From: the human T2T-CHM13v2.0 reference genome, Homo sapiens
DNA length: 64,000 nucleotides
Strand: one strand, 5' to 3'
NCBI RefSeq assembly: GCF_009914755.1
Contig: NC_060926.1
Shown one piece after another: positions 44,550 through 62,350 of this stretch. Position 1 is the stretch's first letter. Every line of letters begins with the position of its first letter. The notes under the pieces are model-generated. The model had not been told where the DNA came from, did not search any database, and saw nothing but the letters and a program-made list of their open reading frames with translations. The position numbers and the translations under genes were made by a program.

Positions 44550-45720
44550 AAAACCTAATTGATATATCACATTTCATACTTTAAAATAATTTATATTAAT
44601 TTGCTAATGTAAAAATTTAGTTTCCCGCAAGTGGTAGTAATTTCCATTCAATTCTCATTTGCATTGTTGAATATTAAATATGTGTGTGTACATGTGTTTA
44701 TCTAAAAATATAAACTATATGTGGGTCTGCGTATGTATAATATTCTTACATATAGGGGTAGAGAAGAATTGCATTGGAAGAAAAGGAACAAAAATTATAC
44801 TGCTCTGAATATACCACATTTGATATATTTTAATCTATATAAATGTGTTATATAGTTATAATACAAAATTAATTTTCAGAGAAGCAATTTCTAAATATCT
44901 GAAGTAAAATAATTCATATAAGCTTAACTTCATACTAACTTGGTAGTGTAATCATGCAGAGAGGAAATTTCCAGGTGACTATAAAACACAGTACTTTAAC
45001 TGAATACCTTTAATGAGGTATTTCTGAAGCACAAATATAATGTTATCTTAAAATCTGAAATTGCTTTTAGTACTTAAAATGTTGGTGAGAATATTAATAT
45101 TATTATACTGAATTTGTGGTGTGTGTTTTATGGAAAAAAGTGAATGAATAATTATTTTAGTAACAATGAAATACAAATGAAAAAGACAAGATCAAAGCAG
45201 TTAAGTAATTGCCCTACAGAACTGAGTTTAAATTATTTATACAAAATATAATAATTATTTGAATTACTTAATTACTCATTATATAAGTATATCTTATGGT
45301 ATATTTCATCTTTACAGAATAAATAAATACTCCTTAGGTCAGAATACTAGTCCTAGAAATAAAAACGAATCCATGAGAAACAAACAGTCCTAGTGCTCAA
45401 ATTATAACCTCTAAATGCCCTATCCCACAAAATGGAAGGGCTTTTTGAAAGACAGGTATGGCACCAGACATTTGTGAGTCTGAAAAATTATTTCATACTA
45501 GACAGTATGGAAACTAACAAAGACTATCAGTGGCATGTCAATAGGATCCAGGAGAAAGCTTAAAGAGCTTTTTACTGGATAAAAATCAAATAATGTAAGC
45601 ATGAATAAACATACTAACTGCAATATTTTGAAACGTATCAAATATATTAAAATATCAGCCATTCATTTGGAAAAATAGTCATCATCTTTAGAAGATTCTA
45701 AAGAAACAAATCATTTCTTT
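44550..45720 (+). mobile_element. Old L1MC-like 3' region
   Basis: 'aacttggtagtgtaatcatgcagagaggaaatttccaggtgac', 'cctagtgctcaaattataacctctaaat'. Confidence 0.5.
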
Positions 45721-45724
45721 GAAT

Positions 45725-46010
45725 TTATTTTTAATATTTATTATTTTAATTAATACATAAAATTGTATATATTTATCAAGTACAACATGCTGTTTTGAAA
45801 TATGTGTGTATTATGGAATGGCTAAATCAAGCTATTTAACATATACATTACTTTATATACTTAGCATTTTTTTAGTGAGAACTTTAAAACTTTTTCTCAA
45901 CAATATATTGTTATTAATTACAGTCACCATGTTTTACAATAGATCTGTTGAACTTATTCATCTTAACTGAAATTTTGTATCTTTTAGCTAACATCTTCCC
46001 AATCTCTTCT
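45725..46010 (-). mobile_element. L1MA 3' end
   Basis: 'aaaattgtatatatttatcaagtacaacatg...tatggaatggctaaatcaagcta...aatagatctgttgaacttattcatcttaactgaaattttgtatc'. Confidence 0.8.
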
Positions 46011-46562
46011 GCCAAAACAAAGCATTTTTTAAAACTGGCAAATAAGAGAATATGTAAAATGTGTATCTCATCTTTCCTATATAACCTCCATCACCTTTAT
46101 TCCAGGTTCTTCAAGTGTTAAAGGCAGACCTAGTTGCATAATGGGTTTAACCAATTCTAGCCCACTACTGAAAAACAATTTTATAAATACTGAAATTAAT
46201 GCTGTAATGATTATTCCTATAAATACTTCTTTTCATACATTTTATACACTTCATTCAGGATAAACTTCTGAAAACAGAATTGTAAAGTGAAGGGCTATAG
46301 ACATAATAAATTTGATAGATAACATTAAACTGTCTTACAAGGAAGTGTGTCATTCTCTTTTCTAACCAACAGTGTATGAAATTCTGCATTTTCTTAGACT
46401 GCATCAATGTTGTATATTTCTGTTTCAGTTTTTCCAATCTTACTTATAGAATTAAACATCTATTTCATTATGTCTTATAAGCATGTTTTAAATTATGAGT
46501 GATACTGACATATTTCCATGTTTATAATTAATTTATTTTGCTTTTTTTAAATTTTTTTTTAA

Positions 46563-46928
<366 letters not shown>

Positions 46929-47754
46929 TGTTTGTTGGTTCTTTTATTGTTTATTTTTCTGAATGCTCTCTATACATTATGAAATTAGCCCTGTTCCATA
47001 TTTTTGCAGTAATATTTCCAAGGGCATTAATTTTTTCATTATTTATTTCTTCCCACAAAAAAATTCTTAAAAATTTACAATTATCACTTTATAAATCTTG
47101 TTTTTTGTTATTTAAATCATGTTAAGAAAGTATCTATTTACTTCTAAAGTGATAGGATCTGCTAAAGCAACAGAGGAATTTGTAGAAAACATAATACAAA
47201 GAGAAACCTATACATGCATTTATACTAGATTTCTAAAATACAATTATATTTAGAAAAAATGTTTTTCAGAAAAAGGAGGTAATCATAATTGAATGACTGT
47301 AAATTCAACACTAAAATTGCTCTAATAAGCAAGATATGAAGAAAGGTTTTGCATGGCTGGCTAACAGACATAAGATAAAGAAGAAGAAGACATGAAGTGT
47401 TCAAATAAGCTAACATTCAATCTAGAATTTAACCAAATGGAATAAATTTCCCACAAAGATTAAACTGCTCCGGTTCTGTGCAGGGCAACCTGATAGTGTG
47501 GTTAAAAATTGCAATGAGATTAATAGGGCAGAGGAAGAGTTTATAAAGCACAGTTGAAACCGCCTCAGAGACAGTGTTGGGGGAATAGTTTTGGGAAGTT
47601 TGAGACACGCATTCAAGGGTAAAGTCAGAATGTGCTCTTGGGTTGTAAACAAGAAATAACATACCAAGTCCACACACTGGGGCGCTTCTTAGGGAGTACA
47701 AAATTCCTGAATTCATCCACTCCATGATTTTTTGCCAAGATATTATTTGAAAGT

Positions 47755-48150
47755 CATTCATTCATTTAATCAACAGAAAGCCTAGTATATGCCAGGAATT
47801 ATTACTTAACTGGTGAAGGTACAGGAGTGAATAAGACAAGTAAGGCCCTTGCTTTCATAAAATTTACATTTTAATCGACTGAGACAGGAAACTACAATTA
47901 AATTCCTAAGCAAACAAGGCAAGTTTGAGTTGTGATCAAAGTGGTGAAGATGGTAGATACAATAATATGAGTACTTGTCATGGCTGGGGTGATTAAAGAA
48001 TCCCCTCAGAAGAAATAGCACTTGAACTGAACATGGAGTCATATGTGACCATGCAGATAAAGCTGGAATAGTGCTGCAAGAGGAGAGAATAGCAAGGCCT
48101 TTACTCAGCAATTAGCTTGATATGTTCAAGAAAGAGAAAGATCACTGTGG
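47755..48150 (-). mobile_element. L2 3' end
   Basis: 'tcattcattcatttaatcaac...agtgaataagacaagtaaggcccttgctttcataaaatttacatttta'. Confidence 0.75.
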
Positions 48151-48199
48151 CTAGCTAGGGCAGGGTGGGGTGGAACGTATACCATACACATTCCAGTGT

Positions 48200-51030
48200 T
48201 CTACAACTGTAAGTTTTATCTACTTCCAAAACATGATTATTATCCTAAAAAAATCTCATTTCCATTAAGTAATCATTCCCCATTCTCCCCTTACCACTAC
48301 CCCACAGCAAACAATAATCAGCTTTCTGATAAATGCAACCATACAATATATGACCTATTCTGTCTGGCTTCTTTTACTTCACATCATGTTTTTAAGGCTC
48401 ATCCATGTTAGAGGATGTACCAGCACTTTATTCCTCTTAATGGCTGAATAATATTTTATTGTATAAATATGCCACATTTTGGTTATTCATTTACCAGTTG
48501 ATGGACATTTCAGGTGTTTCTACCTTTTGGCTGTGGTGAATAGTTCTTCTATTAAGACTTATAAACAAATGTTTGTTTGAACATTGGTTTATAATTTCTT
48601 TGGGTATATACCTATGCCTGGAATTGCCGTGGCATATGGTAATTCTATGTTTAACTTTTTGAGGAATTGCTAAACTGTTTTTCACTCAAGCTGTACCATT
48701 TTACATATCTTTGAGCAATGTTCAAAGACTCAATTTCTCATGTCTTCTTTAACAATGTTTTCTGTTTTTTTTTAATTTTTGTTTTGTTTTGTTTGAATTA
48801 TAGCCATCCTAGGGACTGTGAAGTACTAATTATGTTGACACAATTTTCATGTGTCTATTGGCTGTTTGTATATCCACTTTGGATGAATATCCATTCAGAT
48901 CCTTTGCTCATTTTCAAAACTGGTTATTTGTCTTTGTAATATTGGGTTTTAAATATTCTTTGTATTTTCTGCATAGGAGTCCCTTATGAGATACGTGATT
49001 TGTAAAATATTTCTCCCACTCTCTGGATTGTCTTTTCACTTTCTTGAAAATGTGATTTGCTACACAAGTTTAAAAAATATTTTTATTTTTAATTTTTGTG
49101 GGGACATAGTATTTGTACATGAGATATTTTGATACAGGTATACAATGTGTAATAATCATATCATGTAGAGTGGGGTATCCATCCCCTCAAGCATTTATCC
49201 TCTGTGTTACAAACAGTCCAATTATACTCTTTTAGTTACTTTTAAATGTAAAATTAAGTTATTATTGACTATAGTCATCCTGTTGTGCTGTCAAATAGTA
49301 GGTCTTATTCATTCTAACTATTTTGGAACTCATTAACCATCCCCACCTCCTCGCCATCCCCACTACTTTTCCCAGCTTGTGGTAACCATCTTTCTACTCT
49401 CTATGTCCATGAGTTAAATTAATTTTTAGATCTCACAAATAAGTGAGAACATGTGACATTTGTCTTTCTTTTTTTTTTAATTTTAAGTTCAGGGGTACAT
49501 GTGCAGGATGTGCAGGTTTGTTACACAGGTAAACATGTGTCATGGGGGGTTGTTGTACAGATTATTTCATCACCCAGATATTAAGCCTAGTATTCCAAAA
49601 TTTTTAATGTTGATAAAGTCCAATGTATTGTCTTTTTCTCTTGTTGGGTGTCTTTATGTGTCATATCTAAGAATCTATTGCCAAATCCATAATCATCAAG
49701 ATTTACTCTTATATTTTCTTCTAAGAGTTTTATACTTTCTATTTTTATATTTAGATTTCTTATTCCTTTTGAGTGAATTCTTGTATATGGTATTAAGGTA
49801 GGGGTCAAAAGTCATTCTTTTTACATATAGGTATCCAATTGTCTCATCACCGTTTGTTAAAGACACTATTCTTTTCCCTCTGAATAGTGTTGGCACCTTT
49901 GTTGAAAATCAGTTGACTATAGATATATGGGTTCTGAATTCTCAGTTATGTTCTTATTGGTCTATATGTCTACCATTATGCTAATACCACAGTTTTTATT
50001 ACTGCTGCCTTGTAATACATTTTGAAACTTAAAAGTGAGAGTCCTCCAACTTTGTTTTTCTTTTTCAAAATCATTTTGGCTAGTGTCCCTTGCAATTCCA
50101 TATGAATTTTTTGGATTAGCTTTTTCATTTTGGCAAAAATGGCCATTAAAATTTTGATAGGGGTCACATTTGAATATATAGATTGTTTAGGGAAGCACTA
50201 GCATCTTTACAATACTAGGCATTTCTACCCATGAACACTGCGTGTCTTTCCAATTAAGTAGATGTTTTATTTCTTCAGCAGTGTTTCATACTTTTCATTG
50301 TACAAATCTCATACTTTTTGATTAAGTTCATTTCTAAGTATTTTATTCTTTTTATGCTATTATGAATGGAATTGTTCACATAATTTGATTTGCAAATTAT
50401 TTATTACTAGTGTATGGAAATACAGCTCATTTTTATGTGTTTATTTTTATCCTGAAATTTTGCTGAGTTTGTTTAATAGCCCCAATAGATTTTTGTGTAG
50501 ATTCCTTAGAATTATTTCTGTATAAAATCATCATTAGCCAGGCACAATGGCTCATTCTTATAATCACAGCACTTTGGGAGGTGGAGGTTTGCAGATCACT
50601 TGAGCCCAGGAGCTCAAGACTAGCCTGGGCAACATGGTGAAACCCCATCTCAACAAAAATATAAAAATTAGCTGGACATAGTAGTGTGCACCTGTAGTCC
50701 CTGCTAATCAGGAGGCTGAGGTGAAAAATCACTTGAGCCTGGGGAGGTTAAGGCTGCGGTGAGCCTTGATCACACAACTGCACCCCAGCCTGGGTGACAG
50801 AGCAAGACCTTGTCTCAAAAAAACAAAAAATTGTCATCTGAAAATAAAAACAATTTTACCTTTTTCTAATTTTGTTGATTTTTATTTCTTTTTCATACTT
50901 CATTGCTCTGGCTTGAACTTCCACGGCAATGCTGAATAAAAGTGGCAAATGTAAGCATCCTTGTTTTGCTCCTGATTTTAAGGGGACAATTTCTAGTCTT
51001 TCACCATTAACTATTATGTTAGCTATGGGT
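48200..51030 (-). mobile_element. L1MB-like element, antisense, with nested L1MA (~49085-49470) and older L1PA (~49470-49590) 3' ends
   Basis: Degenerate ORF2 peptides in minus ORFs 48491-48685, 49587-49808 and 49976-50167; nested ends 'tttgatacaggtatacaatgtgtaataatca' and 'ttcaggggtacatgtgcaggatgtgcaggtttgttac'. Confidence 0.8.
50536..50830 (+). mobile_element. AluJ-type SINE
   Basis: 'gatcacttgagcccaggagctcaagactagcctgggcaacatgg...gaggttaaggctgcggtgagc'; degenerate TSD aaaatcatcat/aaaattgtcat. Confidence 0.9.
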
Positions 51031-51888
51031 GTTACAATTCCATTTCGATTTGTCTATATTATTATTGATTGCATCTCTTTGTATAGCATTTTTAGTGGTT
51101 GTTCTAGTTGTTGCATTATATGTATATACACACACACATATAGACACACATATGTATATATTCCCCATGAATTTATGTGTACATATATGTGTATGTATAT
51201 ACACATGTGTGTGTATGCAGTTATGTACCATATAATATTTTTGCCACTGATGTATAAGAAGACAGTCCCATAAAATTATAATGAAGCTAAACAATTTCTA
51301 TTGCCTAGTATTTACTATACTGTACTTTTTATCGTTATTTTAGAGTGTACTCATTCTACTTATAAAAAAAAGCTGTAAAACAAATTCAGGCAGGTCCCTG
51401 AGCAGGCATTCTTGAAGAAGGCATTGTTATCATAGGAAATGACAGCTTCATGCATGCTATTACCCCTAAAGACCTTCTAGTGGGAAAAGATGTGGAGGTG
51501 GTAGACAGTGATGTTGATGATCTTGACTCTGTGTAGGCCTACGCTAATGTGTATTTTTGTGTCTTAGTTTTTAACAAAAAAGTTGTAAAAGTAAATCAAT
51601 TAAAAATGCAAATTTCTTAAATAGAAAATAGCTTATTAAATAAGATCTGAGAACAGGCAGACTGCCTCCTCAAGTGGGTCCCTGACCCCTCACCCCCGAG
51701 CAGCCTAACTGGGAGGCACCCCCCAGCAGAAGCACACTGACACCTCACACGGCAGGGTACTCCAACAGACCTGCAGCTGAGGGTCCTGTCTGTTAGAAGG
51801 AAAACTAACAAACAGAAAGGACATCCACACCAAAAACCCATCTGTACACCACCATCATCAAAGACCAAAAGTAGATAAAACCACAAAG

Positions 51889-52905
51889 ATGGGGAAAAAA
51901 CAGAGCAGAAAAACTGGAAACTCTAAAAAGCAGAGTGCCTCTCCTCCTCCAAAGGAACGCAGTTCCTCACCAGCAACGGAACAAAGCTGGACGGAGAATG
52001 ACTTTGACGAGCTGAGAGAAGAAGGCTTCAGACGATCAAATTACTCTGAGCTACGGGAGGACATTCAAACCAAAGGCAAAGAAGTTGAAAACTTTGAAAA
52101 AAATTTAGAAGAATGTATAACTAGAATAACCAATACAGAGAAGTGCTTAAAGGAGCTGATGGAGCTGAAAAACCAAGGCTCGAGAACTACGTGAAGAATG
52201 CAGAAGCCTCAGGAGCCGATTCGATCAACTGGAAGAAAGGTATCAGCGATGGAAGATGAAATGAATGAAATGAAGTGAGAAGGGAAGTTTAGAGAAAAAA
52301 GAATAAAAAGAAACGAGCAAAGCCTCCAAGAAATATGGGACTATGTGAAACGACCAAATCTATGTCTGATTGGTGTAACTGAAAGCGACGGGGAGAATGG
52401 AACCAAGTTGGAAAACACTCTGCAGGATATTATCCAGGAGAACTTCCCCAATCTAGCAAGGCTGGCCAACATTCAGATTCAGGAAATACAGAGAACGCCA
52501 CAAAGATAATCCTCGAGAAGAGCAACTCCAAGACACATAATTGTCAGATTCACCAAAGTTGAAATGAAGGAAAAAATGTTAAGGGCAGCCAGAGAAAAAG
52601 GTCGGGTTACCCTCAAAGGGAAGCCCATCAGACTAACAGCGGATCTCTCAGCAGAAACTCTACAAGGGAGAAGAGAGTGGGGGCCAATATTCAACATTCT
52701 TAAAGAAAAGAATTTTCAACCCAGAATTTCATATCCAGCCAAACTAAGCTTCATAAGTGAAGGAGAAATAAAATACTTTACAGACAAGCAAATGCTGAGA
52801 GATTTTGTCACCACCAGGCCTGCCCTAAAAGAGCTCCTGAAGGAAGCACTAAACATGGAAAGGAACAACCGGTACCAGCTGCTGCAAAATCATGCCAAAA
52901 TGTAA
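51889..52905 (+). pseudogene. L1 ORF1, disrupted
   Basis: MGKKQSRKTGNSKKQ...QNHAKM. +1 A at 52168-52172, -1 G at ~52240, TGA at 52276-52278 and TAA at 52507-52509. Confidence 0.93.
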
Positions 52906-52941
52906 AGACCATCGAGACTAGGAAGAAACTGCATCAACTAA

Positions 52942-56796
<3,855 letters not shown>

Positions 56797-57649
56797 ACAA
56801 TGAGAACACATGGACACAGGAAGGGGAACATCACACTCTGGGGCCTGTTGTGGGGTGGGGGGAGGGGGGAGGGATAGCATTGGGAGATATACCTAATGCT
56901 AGATGACGAGTTAGTGGGTGCAGCGCACCAGCATGGCACATGTATACATATGTAAGTAACCTGCACATTGTGCACATGTACCCTAAAACTTAAAGTACAA
57001 TAATAAAAATAAATAAATAAATAAATAAAAATTAAAATTAAAAAAATATGAAAGAAAACATTTTTGTACAGCTATACAATGTATTTGTGTTTTAAGCTGT
57101 TAGCACAAAAGACTCAAAAAGTTTTAAAAATTTTAAAAACTTTGTAAAGTAAAAATGTTACAGTAAGCTGTGGTTAATTTATTACTAAAAGAGAAAAAAA
57201 ATTAAATCAATTGTACCCTAAGAACACAGTGTTTATTATAAAGTCCATAGTAATATCCTAGGTGTTTACATTCACTCACCACCTACTCACAAAGCAATTT
57301 TCAGTCCCACAAGCTCCATTCATGCTAAGAACCCTATACAGGCATATCATTTTATATCTTTTGTACCATTTTTTACTGTACATTTTCTTCCTTTAGATAT
57401 GTTTAGATAACAAAGATACTTATTGTGCTCCAACTGCTTATAACATTCAGTACAATAACCAGCTGTACAGATTTGTAGCATAGAAACAACAATAGATTAT
57501 ACCATATATCCTAGGTGGGTACCAGGCTATACCATCTAGTTTTGTGTAAGTACACTCTATAATATTTACACAGTGAGAAAATTGCCTAACAATGCATTTC
57601 TCAAAATGTTTCCCCATCATTAAGCAAGACTGTATATAACACATACACA

Positions 57650-59070
57650 TATCTTATATAGCATAATTGTGTTATCACTATAATATTTTCATTATAAGTT
57701 TAGAAAGTTTACCTCCTTTCATATTCCTCTGTCCTCGCCATTTATAATTTATAATTGTATTAAATATTATTTTCTTCTTACATAAAATTAGAATTGCATA
57801 GTGTTGTACTTTTTGCTTCAACCATTAAATCGAATTTAGAAAACTCGTGAGAAAGAAAACCTACTATAATTTCCCATATTTTAACTTGCCATGCACTTTC
57901 TTCCTGATGTTCCAATATTCCTTCTTTTATTGTTTCTTTTCTGCTTGGAGAATTTTTTCCACCATTCTTTTAGGGGAAGTCTATCTAGTATATCTCTTTG
58001 ATATTTTTTATTTTTTCATTTATTTCATGTGTGTTTGTAATTGTCCACTGAATAATTTTACTATGGCTGCTTTAAATTTTTTCCAAATAATTTTAACATC
58101 TCTGTCATCTTGAGTTTGACATCTATTCATTGTATCTTTTTAATTGTTTTGAAGGTTTTTGTTCTTGAGTTTTTCCTGGTTCTTTCCTGGTATGTTGAGT
58201 GATACTTTATTGAAACTGGACATTTTTATATTATAAAACTCTAGACCTTATTTTAACCTTCTATTTTAGCTGGCTTTCTCTGACACCACCACGGCAAGGA
58301 AAGTTGTCGGGGGATGTAAGCGGAGGAGGCAGGTGATGCTGCCTTACTGACCAGGTAGAGATAGAAGTCCAGGTTTTCTACTTGGCGTCTGACCTCCACT
58401 GAAACCTCACATATAGTCTCTGTTATCACTGGACCAGGGTGGAAGTTCTGGCTACCCATATGATCTCTACCAACACTACAGTGGTGGTGGCCTCATTACC
58501 ACTGCGGAATGGCAAAAGTTCCTCTTCTCCGCTCGGCCTTTTTGGATAGCTCCCCGGACAGATGGAGAGAAGCACCTCATGACTGCCAGGTGAGAGTGAA
58601 AATCCAAGCTTCCCACATTTTTTCCACTGACACCAAAGGGAGTAGGACTTTATTACTTACTGGTGGAGATGAAGGTCCCAGCTTCCTACTGGCCTTTTCT
58701 AGAATCTCTGTGTCAGGGATGTTGAAGTGCCTCATTACAACCCCATAGAAGTGGAAATGTCTTCCCACTCATTCTTTGCTAGCATGGGTAGAATAGAACT
58801 ATAGTCTTTTTTGTGGTGTTTGGATGTAGAGCAGTAATTGTCTGAAAGTTTCTGTCTTGCTAGTCTGCCCCTCTCCTGGTCTTTTGGCTACCAAAAGCAG
58901 GTCTTTATTGGAATTTTATTTTGGTCATTGTTGGTATTTCTAGGTTGCTACTTCTTCAATTTCAAGTCTGGAATATATGAGGAAAAAAGAATACCTTAAA
59001 ATGTACCATCATGTTATCATCAGATATGAAAGTCCATAGCCAATCTGCCTTTTTCTCTACATCTTTTAGA
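57650..59070 (-). mobile_element. Old L1M 5'-region remnant
   Basis: 'atggctgctttaaatt', 'ttattgaaactggacattttt', and a GC-richer degenerate repeated 5'UTR-like block at 58280-58760. Confidence 0.5.
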
Positions 59071-59652
59071 GTAATACATACAGTCTGAAATATATACACA
59101 TGAGTAATGCATTACACTAAAACATTATGACAGCTACAACATTACTAGGTGAGAGAAAATTGAAACTCATTTACTGATACAAACTATTTATCAGGCATAC
59201 ACACACAGGTACAGATGTGTGTGGGAGAGGGAGAAGGAAAAGATTCTCGCGCACATACACACATATATGTATTAAATGTAAACTCATTAATATCACAGAA
59301 AATACATGAAATAAATAATATTACTATTCTTTAACAAATGGGAAAATTCTAATAGAAAGAGAGGCTAAGAACTTACTTAAAATCACACAGCAAAAGGTGT
59401 ATCTGAACTTGAAACCAGATATATTTGTCTCAGTGTCTATATTTTTTACCAGGTTTTCTTTACCTCTTTATACCCCATAGTACCTAGCATGGTTGTTTGC
59501 ATGTTGAGACTCAAAAAATATCTGTTGAGTAAGCAAATATATTTTAAAAATTAATGTAGCATCTGTTTCTCAAAACCAAAAACTCTTCTTATTTTTCCTA
59601 CTTGAGTTAATACTGCATGACTGGTGCCACTCTCAAATCTGTGGGCTCCTGA

Positions 59653-59653
<1 letters not shown>

Positions 59654-59687
<34 letters not shown>
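59654..59687 (+). repeat. (TG)17 microsatellite
   Basis: Read directly from the sequence. Confidence 0.97.
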
Positions 59688-59690
<3 letters not shown>

Positions 59691-60180
59691 ACATTTTAAA
59701 CTCTGGAATATAAACTCCTTTTATACCCTGGAATATAATCTTTTTCATTTTAATTCATTACACATCTCTTCACCAAAACTTAGTTTGTGAATTAAATGAA
59801 TGATGTTTTTCTTATGTAGAATTTTTCTTTTTTTGTATTTATTTTAATGTTGCTAACCCTAGCAATCTTTTATATTTATAATTTTTCATATTTTTGAGCC
59901 ATTAACCCTAATAGACAATCTTATTTCTGTTTATATTTAAATTTGTAACACATAAGAATGATATTTATTGTACCCTTGTTCTTAAAATTTTTATTTTAAT
60001 ATTCTTAGATATTTGTTTTCATAAAAGTTTTAAGATAAGCTTTTGGGTGCTCTCAAAATTCTTGCTAAGATTTTGAATAAAACTGCTATTAGGATAAATT
60101 GACTATAATTGATATCTTTATAATTTTGATTTTTATCTTTCATGAACATATCTATCCATTTATTTAATGTTCTTTTCTGT

Positions 60181-61159
60181 TTTTTTAATTTCTAAATTTT
60201 AAAAATAATTGATGCATAATAGTTGTACATATTTATAGAGCACAGTGTGTTGTTTCACTGTATGTATACATTATATAATGATTAAATCAGGGTAATTACC
60301 ATATCTATCACTTAAAATATGTATCATTTCTTTGTGGTGATACCATTCAAAATCCTCTCTTCTAGCCATCTTAAAAGATAGAATACATTATCATTAGCTG
60401 TAGTCACCCTGCTATGTACTAAAACACCCAGAACTTACTGGAACTGCAATTTTGACCATTGACCAACCTTTTCCCATTTCTCATCCCCCATCCTCCCCAA
60501 CTTCTAGTAACTGCTGTTCTATTCTCTACTCATATAATATCACCCTTTTAAAATTCCACATGAGTGAGATTATGTGGTGTTTGTCTTTCGTGTCTGGCTC
60601 ATTTCACTTAACATAATGATCTCCCAATCATCCATGTTGCTGTAAACAATAAGATTTCATTGTTTTATGTCTAAGTAGTATCAAACTAAAAAGGTTCCCC
60701 TCAGCAAATGAAACAATCAATGGAGTAAGGAGTCAACCTATAGAATGGAAGAATATATTTGCAAACTAGGCATCTGACAAGGGGTTAGTGTCCAGAATTT
60801 ATAAGGAACTCATACAATTCAATAGCAGAAAAAAAATAATCTGAATTAAAAATGGGCAAAAAACCTGAATAGACATTTATCGAAAGAAAACATGCATACA
60901 AATGGCCAACAGATATATGAAAAAAAACTCAACATTACTTATCATCAGGGAAATGCAAATCAAAACCACAATGAGATATCACTTTACCCCAGTTAGAAGG
61001 AGTTATTATCAGAGACAAAAAAAAATAAATAAATTCTGGCAAGGATATGGAGAAAGGAAAAGATGGTGGGAATGTAAATTAGTACAGCCATTATGTAAAA
61101 CAGTATGGAGGTTCCTTAAAAAATTAAAAATAGAACAACCATATGATCTAGCAATTCCA
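60181..61159. mobile_element. L1MA-type insertion with 5' inversion (minus 60181-60680, plus 60681-61159)
   Basis: An antisense 3' end abuts a sense ORF2 C-terminal piece (ORF 60902-61201, [14 protein letters not shown]); degenerate TSD ttcttttc..tttttt at 60170 and 61160. Confidence 0.85.
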
Positions 61160-61839
61160 TTCTTTTCCCTTTTTTATCAAGATGTATCCTTTCCATCTTA
61201 GGAACCTAGCCATTTGGATCTCCTCATTCTACATCTTATCTATATTTGTCATATATGTAGAGCAGAGAGGATTCCCCAAATAATTTGTAATGCTATCATA
61301 ACCAGAAATCTATATGAGATTTTTTTCACTCAATAATATGTCCTGAACACACTTTCATTTTAATATCTTTAATGAATGCATAATATATCATCTTTAATGG
61401 CCAAAAATATACCAAAAGTGTAGACGTGTAATTATTATTTAACAAATTGTACTAACAGATAATTAAACTATTTAAAATTGTTCTTTTTACATATAATGTA
61501 TTATATCACATATAATGACACCATTGAAATAAATGCATATAAACCTTTGTCTTCCTGTCAAATTCTCCCTTTAGGACAAATTACCTTTAAATAAAAGTGC
61601 TGGCTTCTTAGAGAACTAGTAAATGTCTTCAGGGATAGATAAGGCAATTATAGAAATCTGATTTGTATGTGACCACAGCCTAAACTCAGTTATATAATTT
61701 CTGATTCCCAGTCTTTTATGAGCAAAGAGTAGAGTCACAATCTCTCAATATTCTGTCCCATCTATTGAAGCCACCACAAAGTTCTCTGAATCAGAATCAC
61801 ATGTGGCTGTGTCTCACAGGGAAAAACAAAAGCAATCAT

Positions 61840-62350
61840 GACAAACAATATAGTTTATTTCTCATGCTGTCACATGCAAAATAATTTTATGCCTGGTATT
61901 ATGGTTCTATGGAATGAAGTTTTCAGACCCAGGCTTTTTCAAACTCACTATTTCTTCATTCCTAAGATACGATCCTTGCCCTTACAATTCAACATGACTG
62001 TTAGAGAGTTTGACATCTGCTTCATGATCCAGGAATCAAATGGAGAATAGGATGAAGAAGGGGCAATGGGCATGTAACAAGTCTTAACATGTCTTTGAAG
62101 CCCACACAAAACATTTCTGCTTTATTTATTTATTTATTTATTGGTTTTTTTCTTTTTTTTATTATTACTATACTTTAAGTTTTAGAGTACATGTGCACAA
62201 CGTGTAGGTTTGTTACATATGTATACATGTGCCATGTTGGTAAGAGGAGCCTGAGAAATGTGGTCTTTATTCAGCTTATCATATGCCCAGCTAAAAACTA
62301 GATGTTGTATTCTGAAGGAAGAAAAGGAAGAATAGGTATTAGCTTAGTCA
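61840..62350 (-). mobile_element. MLT1J/K-like LTR
   Basis: 'agtttatttctcatgctgtcac', 'ttcagacccaggct', 'gagcctgagaaatgtggtctttattcagc...tgcccagctaaaaa'. Confidence 0.6.
62121..62241 (-). mobile_element. Very short L1PA 3' end (~120 bp including tail)
   Basis: (TTTA)n...tatactttaagttttagagtacatgtgcacaacgtgtaggtttgttacatatgtatacatgtgccatgttggt. Confidence 0.9.
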
